46,269 nt of DNA from an uncultured Rhizobiaceae bacterium. GTDB taxonomy: Bacteria > Pseudomonadota > Alphaproteobacteria > Rickettsiales > UBA1997. Every line of letters begins with the position of its first letter. The first letter of the stretch is position 1. The DNA lies in contig CAZUPN010000004.1 in the NCBI GenBank assembly GCA_964622015.1, forward strand, positions 1 through 46,269, written 5' to 3'. Shown piece by piece: positions 25,625-34,729 of the stretch. A program made the position numbers and the translations under genes. The notes beneath the pieces were generated by a model, which was not told where the DNA came from, made no database searches, and saw only the letters and a program-made list of their open reading frames with translations.

Positions 25625-27397
25625 ATGGTAATTACAAGCAATTTAAACACGACTAGCCAATCAAAACTCACAGCCTATCTAAAATTAATTTTTATAAAAT
25701 ATAAATTTTATTTTATCTCAATGTGTCTTTTAGCAATAGCTGCGTCTTTATTTGAGATCTCGGTTAATTATAAAATAAAAGAAATAATTGACGCGGTTGC
25801 AGGTGGTTCTACAGCCAGTCAAATCAACATAATCTTGCTATTATTTGTTTTTTACAAATTGATGCATCATGGCATGTTTTTTATCAGAAGGCTTTTAGAT
25901 ATAAAATATAAGCCAGCACTTGGCAGTCAAATAACTACTGATATTTACAATAAAATTATCGGACATTCTTTGCATTGGTTTGACTCTCATCTATCAGGCG
26001 AAATTGCTAGCAAAATCAATGGTTTTCAGACCAGCCTGTCACATATTATCACTTATAGTTTTCGCAGCCTGGTAATATTGGCAGCGATAATTATTGGCAT
26101 GATATTTTTGCTGCAGGTCAATATTTTGTCAGCCTTAGTGATCTTTATTTTTGCAATTATTTACTGTCCGATAATATTGATTTTGCTTAAAATACAGATG
26201 CAAAATCAAAAAAATTATGTCGATGCTGAGCAGGAAACTTCTGGCATTGTCAATGATTCGATCGCTAATATTTTTAGTATCAAAATTATCGGCAATGCTC
26301 TTAGCGAATTTAAATTAAAATTAATGCCGGCAATTTTAAACCGCCAATCTTTAGAAAAAATATCCCGGCAATTTGACGCTTATTTTGTTGATAATGCTGA
26401 TACTATCATGGTAGTAATTATGAGCGCGGTGCAAATTTATTTGCTTACCAATTTATATCATAGCGGCCAAATTAGCGCTGGTAGCTTTGCTTTTGTGATG
26501 ATGATTACTTTAAAAATTCATAGTGATTTAGATCAAATTCTAGAAACCATCTTATTTAACATTAATCCTGCAATTGCAAGCCTCAAAGCATCATTTTCTT
26601 TAGTTAGCACTGATTATGATATTAAAGATAGGTCAGATGCTAAAATTTTAAGCAACATCAAAGGCGAAATAAAATTTAATAATGTTGATTTTGCCTATCA
26701 GGATTGTCACCATAATGTCTTAAATAATTTTAATTTAACCATTAAAGCCGGTCAAAAAATTGGCATTGTCGGCGCAACCGGTGCCGGCAAAACTACCATC
26801 ATTAAATGCTTACTGAGATATTTTGACATCTCAAAAGGCGCGATTTTAATTGACGATCATAATATCAGGGATGTCACTCAGGAATCTTTAAGAGCAAATA
26901 TCTCGGTAATTCCTCAAGATATCACTATGTTTCACCGCACTATTTTACAAAATCTGCAATTAGCAAAATATGATGCAACTTTTGATGAAATTGTTGCTGC
27001 CTGCAAAAAAGCCAGAATTCACTATGATATTACCAATATGAGGCATGGCTATAATGCAATTGTTGGCGAAAGAGGAGTAAAAGTCAGTGGTGGTCAAAGA
27101 CAAAGAATCGCAATTGCCAGAGCAATATTAAAAGACGCCCCAATATTAATTCTTGACGAAGCAACTTCAAGCCTCGATAGCAAAACCGAAAAATATATTC
27201 AAGAAAGCCTGAATCTCTTAATTGAAGATAAAAATAAAACCGTAATTGCTATCGCTCACCGACTTTCAACCATCAAACATATGGATCGAATTATCGTTTT
27301 AGACCGCGGAAAAATTGTCGAAGAAGGAACCCATGATGAGTTAATCAATAACCAAAACAGCATCTATAAAAAGCTCTGGGAACTACAAGAAATTTAA
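25625..27397 (+). CDS. ABC exporter, fused permease/ATPase (MsbA/ABCB-like)
   Basis: Six-TM N-terminal domain, Walker A GATGAGKTT, signature VSGGQRQR and Walker B ILILDEATS. I moved the start to ATG 25625 because the track start at 25457 overlaps kdsB on the other strand. Confidence 0.9.
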   Translation: MVITSNLNTTSQSKLTAYLKLIFIKYKFYFISMCLLAIAASLFEISVNYKIKEIIDAVAGGSTASQINIILLLFVFYKLMHHGMFFIRRLLDIKYKPALGSQITTDIYNKIIGHSLHWFDSHLSGEIASKINGFQTSLSHIITYSFRSLVILAAIIIGMIFLLQVNILSALVIFIFAIIYCPIILILLKIQMQNQKNYVDAEQETSGIVNDSIANIFSIKIIGNALSEFKLKLMPAILNRQSLEKISRQFDAYFVDNADTIMVVIMSAVQIYLLTNLYHSGQISAGSFAFVMMITLKIHSDLDQILETILFNINPAIASLKASFSLVSTDYDIKDRSDAKILSNIKGEIKFNNVDFAYQDCHHNVLNNFNLTIKAGQKIGIVGATGAGKTTIIKCLLRYFDISKGAILIDDHNIRDVTQESLRANISVIPQDITMFHRTILQNLQLAKYDATFDEIVAACKKARIHYDITNMRHGYNAIVGERGVKVSGGQRQRIAIARAILKDAPILILDEATSSLDSKTEKYIQESLNLLIEDKNKTVIAIAHRLSTIKHMDRIIVLDRGKIVEEGTHDELINNQNSIYKKLWELQEI

Positions 27398-27455
27398 TCT
27401 CTTTGCTACAATAATGGATCTGTCAATCTATATGGCAATAGGTTTATTAACGGTC

Positions 27456-27634
27456 GCAGCAATGGATATCAACATGGTAGGAATTGGGTGCCTATCAACA
27501 TCGCGGGAATGACTTGATAGACCCCATTCCTGCAGCGTTGAGATCTATTCCCGCGATGTTGATATCCACTCCTGCGATGCTGCTATCGATTCCCACAAAG
27601 TCGATCGATCTATTCCTGCAACAAGTAAGTAAAG
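27456..27634. repeat. array of ~21-bp ATTCC(C/T)RC-N13 units: three inverted (ending 27463, 27484, 27510) and five direct (starting 27526, 27547, 27568, 27589, 27612)
   Basis: Read directly from the sequence. TATCAACATCGCGGGAAT (27493-27510) is the exact reverse complement of 27547-27564. Confidence 0.8.
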
Positions 27635-27792
27635 TAGTAACAACCTTTAAATTTAATTTAAATTATTGCTTGACTTTTTTTAAATTAGCCAGAAGAATAA
27701 CGCCTTCTTTTTTGGCTTATAAAAAAATCTTACTTATAAAAGATTTTCACTTAAGCCATATTTTAATTTCTTAATTTAGTTACTATTTTAAG

Positions 27793-27868
27793 AGCACGTA
27801 GCTCAGCTGGTAGAGCACTTGACTTTTAATTAAGTGGTCGCGGGTTCGATCCCCGCCGTGCTCACCAT
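27793..27868 (+). tRNA. tRNA-Lys (anticodon UUU), CCA encoded
   Basis: 76 nt. Acceptor stem GAGCACG/CGTGCTC, D arm GCTC-AGCTGGTA-GAGC, anticodon stem-loop CTTGA-CTTTTAA-TTAAG and T arm GCGGG-TTCGATC-CCCGC, ending in ACCA. Confidence 0.9.
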
Positions 27869-27983
27869 ACTTGTTGATCAGGTTTGGTTAGTTTTAATTA
27901 TCTTCACAAATTCATGACAGGGGAGTCCCCCGATTATTAATCTTTTTCGTTAAAAAAATTACAATTGGGACTCAAATATTTCT

Positions 27984-29141
27984 ATGTCAAAAAATTTCTT
28001 ATTTACCTCCGAATCAGTATCAGAAGGCCATCCCGATAAAGTCTGCGATCAAATTTCTGATCTTTTAGTTGACGCTTATTTAAGCAAAGATCCATATTCG
28101 CGCCTGGCAATTGAAACTTTTGCTACCACCAATATTGTAATTATTGGCGGCGAAATCAGGGCGCCGGAAATATCTAAAAGTGATATCGAAAATTTAATTC
28201 GCGCTAAAATTAAGCAAATTGGCTATCAGCAACCTGGCTTTGACTATAATGATCTAAAAATTCTTAATTTTATTCATGAACAATCTCCAGATATTGCAAT
28301 TGGAGTAGATTCTTCAAATAATAAGGATGAAGGTGCCGGAGATCAGGGAATTATGTTTGGATATGCAATCAATGAAACTGAAGTCTTGATGCCAGCGCCA
28401 ATTTATTATGCTCACCGCATCTTGCATAATATTGCCGATGGCATCAAAAGCGGTGATTTAAAAGGCTTGGGACCGGATGCTAAAAGTCAGATAACTTTAT
28501 GCTATGAGCATGAAATACCGGTTAAAGCTGACACTATCCTGGTTTCAATCCAGCATCAGCAAGACATGACTCAAAAACAAGTCCGAGATTTAATCATCCC
28601 CTATATTATTAAAACCCTACCTTCGGGCTGGATGTGCGATGATGATAAATTATTAGTTAATCCCACCGGCAAATTTGTAATTGGCGGCCCTAACGGCGAT
28701 GCCGGCCTTACCGGTAGAAAAATTATCGTCGATACTTATGGCGGCGCTGCACCCCATGGCGGCGGGGCATTTTCTGGCAAAGATCCAACCAAGGTTGATA
28801 GATCAGCTGCCTATATGGCAAGATATTTAGCCAAAAACATCGTTGCCGCCGGCTTTTCTGATAAATGCACTATCCAAATCTCTTATGCAATTGGCATTTC
28901 TAAGCCATTATCCTTATATGTTGACACCCATAAATGCCTGGTTAGTAACCAAAAATTAATTACCATCATCAATGATATAATTGACCTCTCCCCAAGAGGA
29001 ATCAGGCAGCATTTAAACCTCAATAAACCAATCTATGAAAGAACCGCCACTTATGGCCATTTTGGCCGCGAGGTAGCAATTGATGGTGGCTTTTCCTGGG
29101 AAAAAACTGATTTGGTTGAGAAATTAAAGAAATATATTTAA
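27984..29141 (+). CDS. metK: S-adenosylmethionine synthetase
   Basis: Contains [30 protein letters not shown] and [16 protein letters not shown]. Confidence 0.97.
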   Translation: MSKNFLFTSESVSEGHPDKVCDQISDLLVDAYLSKDPYSRLAIETFATTNIVIIGGEIRAPEISKSDIENLIRAKIKQIGYQQPGFDYNDLKILNFIHEQSPDIAIGVDSSNNKDEGAGDQGIMFGYAINETEVLMPAPIYYAHRILHNIADGIKSGDLKGLGPDAKSQITLCYEHEIPVKADTILVSIQHQQDMTQKQVRDLIIPYIIKTLPSGWMCDDDKLLVNPTGKFVIGGPNGDAGLTGRKIIVDTYGGAAPHGGGAFSGKDPTKVDRSAAYMARYLAKNIVAAGFSDKCTIQISYAIGISKPLSLYVDTHKCLVSNQKLITIINDIIDLSPRGIRQHLNLNKPIYERTATYGHFGREVAIDGGFSWEKTDLVEKLKKYI

Positions 29142-29172
29142 AAAAATTTGACCAAAACTAGCTAAAATTTAG

Positions 29173-29700
29173 ATGACAAAGCATCAAAATATTACATCTG
29201 GTCAAATAGCTTTTTATCAAAGTAAAGATGGTAAAATTGAATTAGATATTACAATAAAAAATGATAATATTTGGCTGACTCAATCCAAAATCTCAGAATT
29301 ATTTACAGTAGATAGAGCGGTTATTACTAAACATCTACAAAATATTTATGAATCAAAGGAGCTAGAAAAAGAAGTAACATGTGCAAAAATTGCACAGGTT
29401 CGAAATGAAGGCAGCAGAAAGGTTAAAAGGGTATTAGAATATTATAATCTTGATGTAATATTATCGGTCAGGTATCGTATTAATTCAGCTCAAGCAACTA
29501 AATTTCGTATTTGGGCAAATTCAATACTTAAAAATTATCTGATCAAAGGTTTCGTCATTAATCAAGCAAAACTAAAAGAAAATAAGCGACTTGAAGGAAG
29601 CATTTGGCTTAATTAAACAAACTTTAGATAGTAAAATTGTTTCTGGTAATGAAGCAAAGGGAATTCTTAAAATTATCACTGAATATGCCACAATTCATGG
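29173..29700 (+). pseudogene. rhuM: rhuM (virulence protein RhuM family) remnant, frameshifted near 29590-29600 and truncated at its 3' side
   Basis: The first frame (29173-29616) gives IAFYQSKDGKIELDITIKNDNIWLTQSKISELF...YYNLDVILSVRYRINSAQATKFRIWANSILKNYLIKGF, typical of the RhuM N-terminus. The continuation LKEAFGLIKQ...NEAKGILKIITEYA is in the +1 frame. Homology stops at about 29690, so roughly half of a full-length RhuM is present. Confidence 0.7.
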
Positions 29701-29719
29701 TTTTTACTTCAGAAATATA

Positions 29720-30508
29720 ATGAAAAAAACTCTTCTCATCTTAATTAGTTATTTTTTTCTAAACAGCGAAGCTTTTGCCAATAATGATTGTTTTATAGTT
29801 AAAGAAAAAAATCATATTTTAAAACAAGAGGGCAATTGTAAAAAACGTCACGCTCCCTGTTCCACCTTTAAAATCGCTATTAGCTTGATGGGTTATGATC
29901 AGGGAATTTTGCTTGATGAACATGATCCTAAATGGCCATTTAAAGAGGGTTATCCGGATTATATAGCAAGCTGGAAGAGTGATCAGGATCCTGCTAGTTG
30001 GATAAAAAATAGCTGCGTGTGGTATTCACAGGTAATTACTACCAAACTCGGGGTTAAAAAATTCAAAGATTATGTTGCTAAATTTAATTATGGCAATCAG
30101 GATGTTTCGGGTGATAAAGGCAAAAATAATGGACTTACTGAATCTTGGCTATCAAGTTCGCTAAAAATTTCACCTGTTGAACAAATTGCATTTTTACAAA
30201 AGCTATTTGATAATAAATTACCAGTAAGCATCAAATCTCAGCAATTAACTAAAAATCTAATTTTTGTTGAAACCTTGCCAAATGGCTGGAATTTATATGG
30301 TAAAACCGGTAGTGGAAATCTTTTAAATAAAGACGGTTCTGACGATCGTGATCATCAAATTGGCTGGTTTGCTGGATGGGTTGAAAAAGGAAATCGTATA
30401 ATTACCTTTGTTAATTATATTGAAGATCAGCATAAAGAAAATTCTTGGGCAAGTAAAAGAGCGAAGGAAGCTGCGAAGGAAAAAATTCTACAGGTCATTA
30501 AGGATTAG
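29720..30508 (+). CDS. class D (OXA-type) beta-lactamase
   Basis: Signal peptide MKKTLLILISYFFLNSEAFA. All class D boxes are present: STFK, SCV (SxV), YGN, KTG and WFAG (WxxG). The track ORF at 29591 is an upstream read-through from the rhuM remnant. Confidence 0.85.
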   Translation: MKKTLLILISYFFLNSEAFANNDCFIVKEKNHILKQEGNCKKRHAPCSTFKIAISLMGYDQGILLDEHDPKWPFKEGYPDYIASWKSDQDPASWIKNSCVWYSQVITTKLGVKKFKDYVAKFNYGNQDVSGDKGKNNGLTESWLSSSLKISPVEQIAFLQKLFDNKLPVSIKSQQLTKNLIFVETLPNGWNLYGKTGSGNLLNKDGSDDRDHQIGWFAGWVEKGNRIITFVNYIEDQHKENSWASKRAKEAAKEKILQVIKD

Positions 30509-30547
30509 GAAATCTAGAGCTAAATATATCAATGTTATCTTGACAAA

Positions 30548-30943
30548 ATGAGTAATTCAGTCTTAAACATCATAATGGTCGCAATAGGAGGAGCAATGGG
30601 CTCGGTGATGCGCTATTTATCTTCAGAATTTTTGGTTTATTTTTTTCGGGCGCAATTATTTCCGGCCGGAACTTTTTTTGTTAATGTTTTTGGGTCTTTT
30701 TTGGCCGGTATTTTATATTATTTTTTGATTAAATATTTTAATTATTTTAATCTTTTACATCGCAATTTTTTGCTGGTTGGCTTCCTCGGTGGCTTTACTA
30801 CTTTTTCAGCTTTTTGCCTCGATTTCTTTCGCCTTTTTACTGCCGGCCATTATAATATGGCGATTCTTTATGCCTTAATGTCAGCGATTCTTTCAATTCT
30901 GGCATTATTTTTTGGCTTTTACTTAATGAAATTTATCGCTTAA
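30548..30943 (+). CDS. crcB: fluoride ion channel CrcB/FluC
   Basis: 131 aa with four TM segments. Contains IGGAMGSVMRY and GFLGGFTTFSAF motifs. Confidence 0.9.
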   Translation: MSNSVLNIIMVAIGGAMGSVMRYLSSEFLVYFFRAQLFPAGTFFVNVFGSFLAGILYYFLIKYFNYFNLLHRNFLLVGFLGGFTTFSAFCLDFFRLFTAGHYNMAILYALMSAILSILALFFGFYLMKFIA

Positions 30944-30947
30944 AAAA

Positions 30948-31886
30948 ATGTCAAAATTAATTCTTATTGATGAAGAGCTTGCCGGTAAAAGGTTAGATAA
31001 ATTTTTAAATCATGAATTTGAGGTTTCTTTTTCTGCTATTCAAAAAATTATCAGGCAAAAACAGGTTAAAGTTAACAATCAAAAAATCGCCGCTTCCCAT
31101 AAATTATTAATTGGCGACCAGGTCGAAATTTTTTGTAATTTAGCCCTAAGAAATAAAAATAACGAATCAAAATCGCAAATTTCAGCAACCAAAATTTCAA
31201 GCCTTATTATCAAAAAAATAATTTCACGAATAATTTATAAGGATGAAAATCTGATTGCTATCGATAAGCCATCTGGCCTTTCTACTCAAGGTGGCAGCGG
31301 GGTTAATTATTCAGTTGATGATCTTTTGATCTATTTAAAATTTGAAAAAACTGAAAATCCAAAATTAGTTCATCGCCTGGATCGTGATACTAGCGGCATT
31401 TTACTAATTGCAAGAAATAAGCAAGTAGCAGAAATGATGTTTAAAATTTTTAAGAACAAGCAAATTCAAAAAACTTATTTAGCTTTGGTTAAGGGCGAAT
31501 TTAGTAAAAAATCAGGAATCATTAATATTCCAATCAGAAAAAAATTCGTCGGTAAAAATGAGAAGGTTTACCGCGATGAAATTGAAGGTAGGGAAGCAAT
31601 TACCGAATATGAAACCATCAAAAATTTTGCCGAGATCAGCCTGATGAAATTACGACCAATAACTGGCAGAACTCACCAATTAAGAGTTCATTGCAAAGAA
31701 TTGGGTCATGCCATCATTAATGATGTGAAATATGGCGGTAAAGATGTAATTAGAAAAGATATTTCTAAAAATATGTGCCTACATGCCTATCAAATTGAAA
31801 TTAATGATTATTATGGGAAAAAACTAACTATCACCAGCAAGATACCGGATTTTGCCGCTGATTTTGGATTTAAATCATTAAATTAA
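30948..31886 (+). CDS. rluC: RluA family 23S rRNA pseudouridine synthase (RluC-like)
   Basis: N-terminal S4-like domain, catalytic motif HRLDRDTSGILLIAR, and a C-terminal HQLRVH. Confidence 0.8.
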   Translation: MSKLILIDEELAGKRLDKFLNHEFEVSFSAIQKIIRQKQVKVNNQKIAASHKLLIGDQVEIFCNLALRNKNNESKSQISATKISSLIIKKIISRIIYKDENLIAIDKPSGLSTQGGSGVNYSVDDLLIYLKFEKTENPKLVHRLDRDTSGILLIARNKQVAEMMFKIFKNKQIQKTYLALVKGEFSKKSGIINIPIRKKFVGKNEKVYRDEIEGREAITEYETIKNFAEISLMKLRPITGRTHQLRVHCKELGHAIINDVKYGGKDVIRKDISKNMCLHAYQIEINDYYGKKLTITSKIPDFAADFGFKSLN

Positions 31887-31893
31887 GCTAGAA

Positions 31894-32376
31894 ATGATGC
31901 AAAATAATAATGAAAAAAAATCAAAATTTATTCCTTATTTATTCTTCATTTTTTTTGCTATTATTATCACCGTTGACTCTATTTACATTTATATAGCAAA
32001 TAAAACCTGGCGCGGAGTATATACTGAAAATGCTTACCAAAAAGGCTTAAATTATAATCAAACTTTATTTGATCAAGAAAAACAAAAAAATCTCGGCTGG
32101 TCAATTAATGAAACTATTGAAAAGCTTAGCTCTAGCAGCTATTTATTAACAGTTAGATTGCTTGATAAAAATAACCACAACATTAAAAACGCCAAATTAA
32201 ATGTTAAAATAACTCGCCCCATTCAGGAAGGTTTTGATTTTAGCCAAGATTTAATGCCCGCTGGCAACTACTACCAAACCAAAATAAATTTTCCATTAGA
32301 GGGCCAGTGGGATATTGAATTTAGCGCCATCAAAGGCAATGATTCATTTAAAAAAACCCAGCGTTATGTCATATAA
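31894..32376 (+). CDS. fixH: FixH family protein (cbb3 oxidase maturation)
   Basis: Single N-terminal TM followed by WRGVYTENAYQKGLNYNQ. Overlaps the start of the FixI-type ATPase gene. Confidence 0.75.
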   Translation: MMQNNNEKKSKFIPYLFFIFFAIIITVDSIYIYIANKTWRGVYTENAYQKGLNYNQTLFDQEKQKNLGWSINETIEKLSSSSYLLTVRLLDKNNHNIKNAKLNVKITRPIQEGFDFSQDLMPAGNYYQTKINFPLEGQWDIEFSAIKGNDSFKKTQRYVI

Positions 32377-34729
32377 TTCCTGCAAACATTGTGACCTAGC
32401 GACTGACAATAACCAGCAATTTTGCTGTCAGGGTTGTGAATTGGCTTATAAAATTATCAATAAATTGGGCCTTAGTAATTATTATAAGATGCGCCTGATT
32501 AAAGAGTCTGAAAAAAAGCTAAAGCCAGAAATGGCAGATATTATTGATATTGATGAGTTTATTAATAGCAAAGATAATAACCATCATCTCTCTTTGGCAA
32601 TCTCTGGACTTCATTGTGCGGCTTGTGTTTGGCTGATTGAAAACATCTTAAACAAGCAGCCAAACGTCATTAAGGCAAGAGTAAATCTTGCTAAAAAAAG
32701 ACTTTATTTGCAATGGGAAAGTGAAAAAGAATATGGCAATCAATTGGTAAAATTAATTTTTGAAATTGGCTATAAATTATATCCGTTAGATCAAGAATTA
32801 ATGATTGCGGAGGATAAAAAATATAATGACGATCTATTAAAGGCACTTGGAGTTGCCGGCTTTGGGGTTGGAAATATCATGCTATTTTCAATTTCCTTAT
32901 GGTTTTCTAATCATCAAAATATCGGCATTAATACTCGTAATTTACTGCATTTTGCCTCAGCTTTAATTGCTTTGCCGGTAATAATTTATTCGGGCCGCCC
33001 CTTCTTTTCTTCAGCACTGAAAGCAATTAGAGCCAAAACCACTAATATGGATTTTACAATTTCAGTTGCAATTATTTTATCAGCAATTGTAAGCCTGATT
33101 GAAAGCTTTAGAAGTAGATGGGATATTTATTTTGACTCGGCGGTGATGCTGATTTTCTTTTTATTAATCGGACGTTATCTTGAATATAAGTTAAGAAAAA
33201 AAGCTTTTAGCGTTGCTGCTGATTTTGCTTTACTTGCCGGTTCTTTTGCTAAAATTGAATTTGCTTCCAAAGCTAAAATAATTCCACTAAAAGAAGTCAA
33301 AAAAGATATGATTTTATTAGTTGGCGCTGGTGAAAAAATCGTTGCTGATGGCTTAATCATTGCAGGTGAAAGCGAAATTGATACCGCAATTATCACTGGC
33401 GAAAGCCAACCAAAATTAAAAACTCTCAAAGATGAGGTTTATGCCGGGATGATCAATTTATCCTCAGCAATTAAAGTTAAAGTAACCAATATTGGCCCTG
33501 AAAGCCTGCTTGGTAAAATTATTGAGCTCACTGACAATTTTGAAAGAAGCAAAAATACTTATATAAAGCTCGCTGATCGTCTTGCCAAATTTTATACTCC
33601 AATAGTTCATCTGCTAGCCTTAATTACCTTTGCGATTTGGAATTTTTATTTTAAACAAGGATGGGAAGATTCCTTGCTTAATGCCACCGCAATATTGATC
33701 ATCACCTGCCCTTGTGCCTTAGCTTTGGCGGTACCAATTGTGCAAATAATTACTAATTATCAGCTGATGAAAAAAGCAATTTTAGTAAAATCAGGTCAGG
33801 CATTAGAAAAATTAAATGATATTGATATCATAATATTTGATAAAACCGGAACTTTGACCAAAGGAGAAGCTAAGCTCGCCGATATTTTTTTAATCAAAAA
33901 TCAACAAAAGATAACCCTCACCTCTGAGCAAAAAAATTATTATCTACAAATTGCCGCCAGCCTTGCAAAAAACAGTCGTCACCCAGTTGCAACAGCAATT
34001 TATAACCGTTTTGAAGGTAATTTAATTAATCTTGAAGTTAAGGAACAAGCTGGTTTTGGCCTTAGCTCAAACTATCAAGAAAGGGAAATAAAAATCGGCC
34101 GCAAAGAATTTTGTGCCAAAGAAATTAATATCGATCAATCAATTTACGCCAATTATCTAAGCTGCTTCATGAAATTTGGCGAAGAAATTTTATTATTACT
34201 ATTTGCCGATGAGCTAAAGGAAGATGCTAAATCAGTGATTGCTGAACTTCAGACTGCCAAAAAAGAAATCATTCTACTCTCCGGCGATAATCAATATAAT
34301 GTTGAAAATATTGCTACAAAATTAGGCATTAAAAATTTCTATTTCGAACAAACCCCATTACAAAAATCCGAATTTATCCTAAAAAAGAAATCTGAGGGGA
34401 AGATCCTCATGGTCGGCGACGGCCTTAATGATGCCCCTGCAATCACACTTGCCGATATCTCAATTTCTTTTAGCAAAGCCTCAGACATCACCAAAAACGC
34501 TGCCGAAATTATAATTCAAGGCCCAAAATTATCGCCAATAATTACAGTAATTAACTGCGCCAAAAAAAGTGTAAAATTAATGAAACAAAATTTATTCCTT
34601 GCTTTAACCTATAATCTAATCGCCGTCCCCTTTGCAATTACCGGCCATGTCACCCCACTAATTGCCGCAATTGCCATGTCTTCCTCGTCTTTAATTGTTA
34701 CGCTTAATAGCTTACGAGCAGGCAGATAG
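32366..34729 (+). CDS. fixI: copper-translocating P1B-type ATPase, FixI/CcoI type
   Basis: N-terminal Cys-rich CKHC...CCQGCELAYK, an HMA motif GLHCAACV, TM CPC, the phosphorylation site DKTGTLT and GDGLNDAPA. ATG 32366 overlaps the fixH stop. Confidence 0.9.
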   Translation: MSYNSCKHCDLATDNNQQFCCQGCELAYKIINKLGLSNYYKMRLIKESEKKLKPEMADIIDIDEFINSKDNNHHLSLAISGLHCAACVWLIENILNKQPNVIKARVNLAKKRLYLQWESEKEYGNQLVKLIFEIGYKLYPLDQELMIAEDKKYNDDLLKALGVAGFGVGNIMLFSISLWFSNHQNIGINTRNLLHFASALIALPVIIYSGRPFFSSALKAIRAKTTNMDFTISVAIILSAIVSLIESFRSRWDIYFDSAVMLIFFLLIGRYLEYKLRKKAFSVAADFALLAGSFAKIEFASKAKIIPLKEVKKDMILLVGAGEKIVADGLIIAGESEIDTAIITGESQPKLKTLKDEVYAGMINLSSAIKVKVTNIGPESLLGKIIELTDNFERSKNTYIKLADRLAKFYTPIVHLLALITFAIWNFYFKQGWEDSLLNATAILIITCPCALALAVPIVQIITNYQLMKKAILVKSGQALEKLNDIDIIIFDKTGTLTKGEAKLADIFLIKNQQKITLTSEQKNYYLQIAASLAKNSRHPVATAIYNRFEGNLINLEVKEQAGFGLSSNYQEREIKIGRKEFCAKEINIDQSIYANYLSCFMKFGEEILLLLFADELKEDAKSVIAELQTAKKEIILLSGDNQYNVENIATKLGIKNFYFEQTPLQKSEFILKKKSEGKILMVGDGLNDAPAITLADISISFSKASDITKNAAEIIIQGPKLSPIITVINCAKKSVKLMKQNLFLALTYNLIAVPFAITGHVTPLIAAIAMSSSSLIVTLNSLRAGR

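Noticed and set aside
27560-27572. DnaA-box-like ATATCCACT inside the 21-bp array (a possible oriC).
   Set aside because: It is a single 7/9 match. The other units lack it, there is no cluster of boxes, and no dnaA, dnaN or hemE context is present.
27484-27774. 96-aa ORF with IPAxLxS heptads.
   Set aside because: The periodic peptide is a by-product of the 21-bp DNA repeats. There is no RBS, the start is not an ATG in a good context, and the ORF runs into the tRNA promoter region.
27901-27945. SAM/SAH riboswitch upstream of metK.
   Set aside because: Only the octamer CTTCACAA resembles the motif as I remember it. The UCAC/GUGA stem and the 3' GGAGC pseudoknot partner are absent. It is kept only as a low-interest note on long-range pairing.
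30509-30547. Fluoride riboswitch upstream of crcB.
   Set aside because: The spacer is 39 nt, AT-rich, and lacks the conserved crcB-motif helices.
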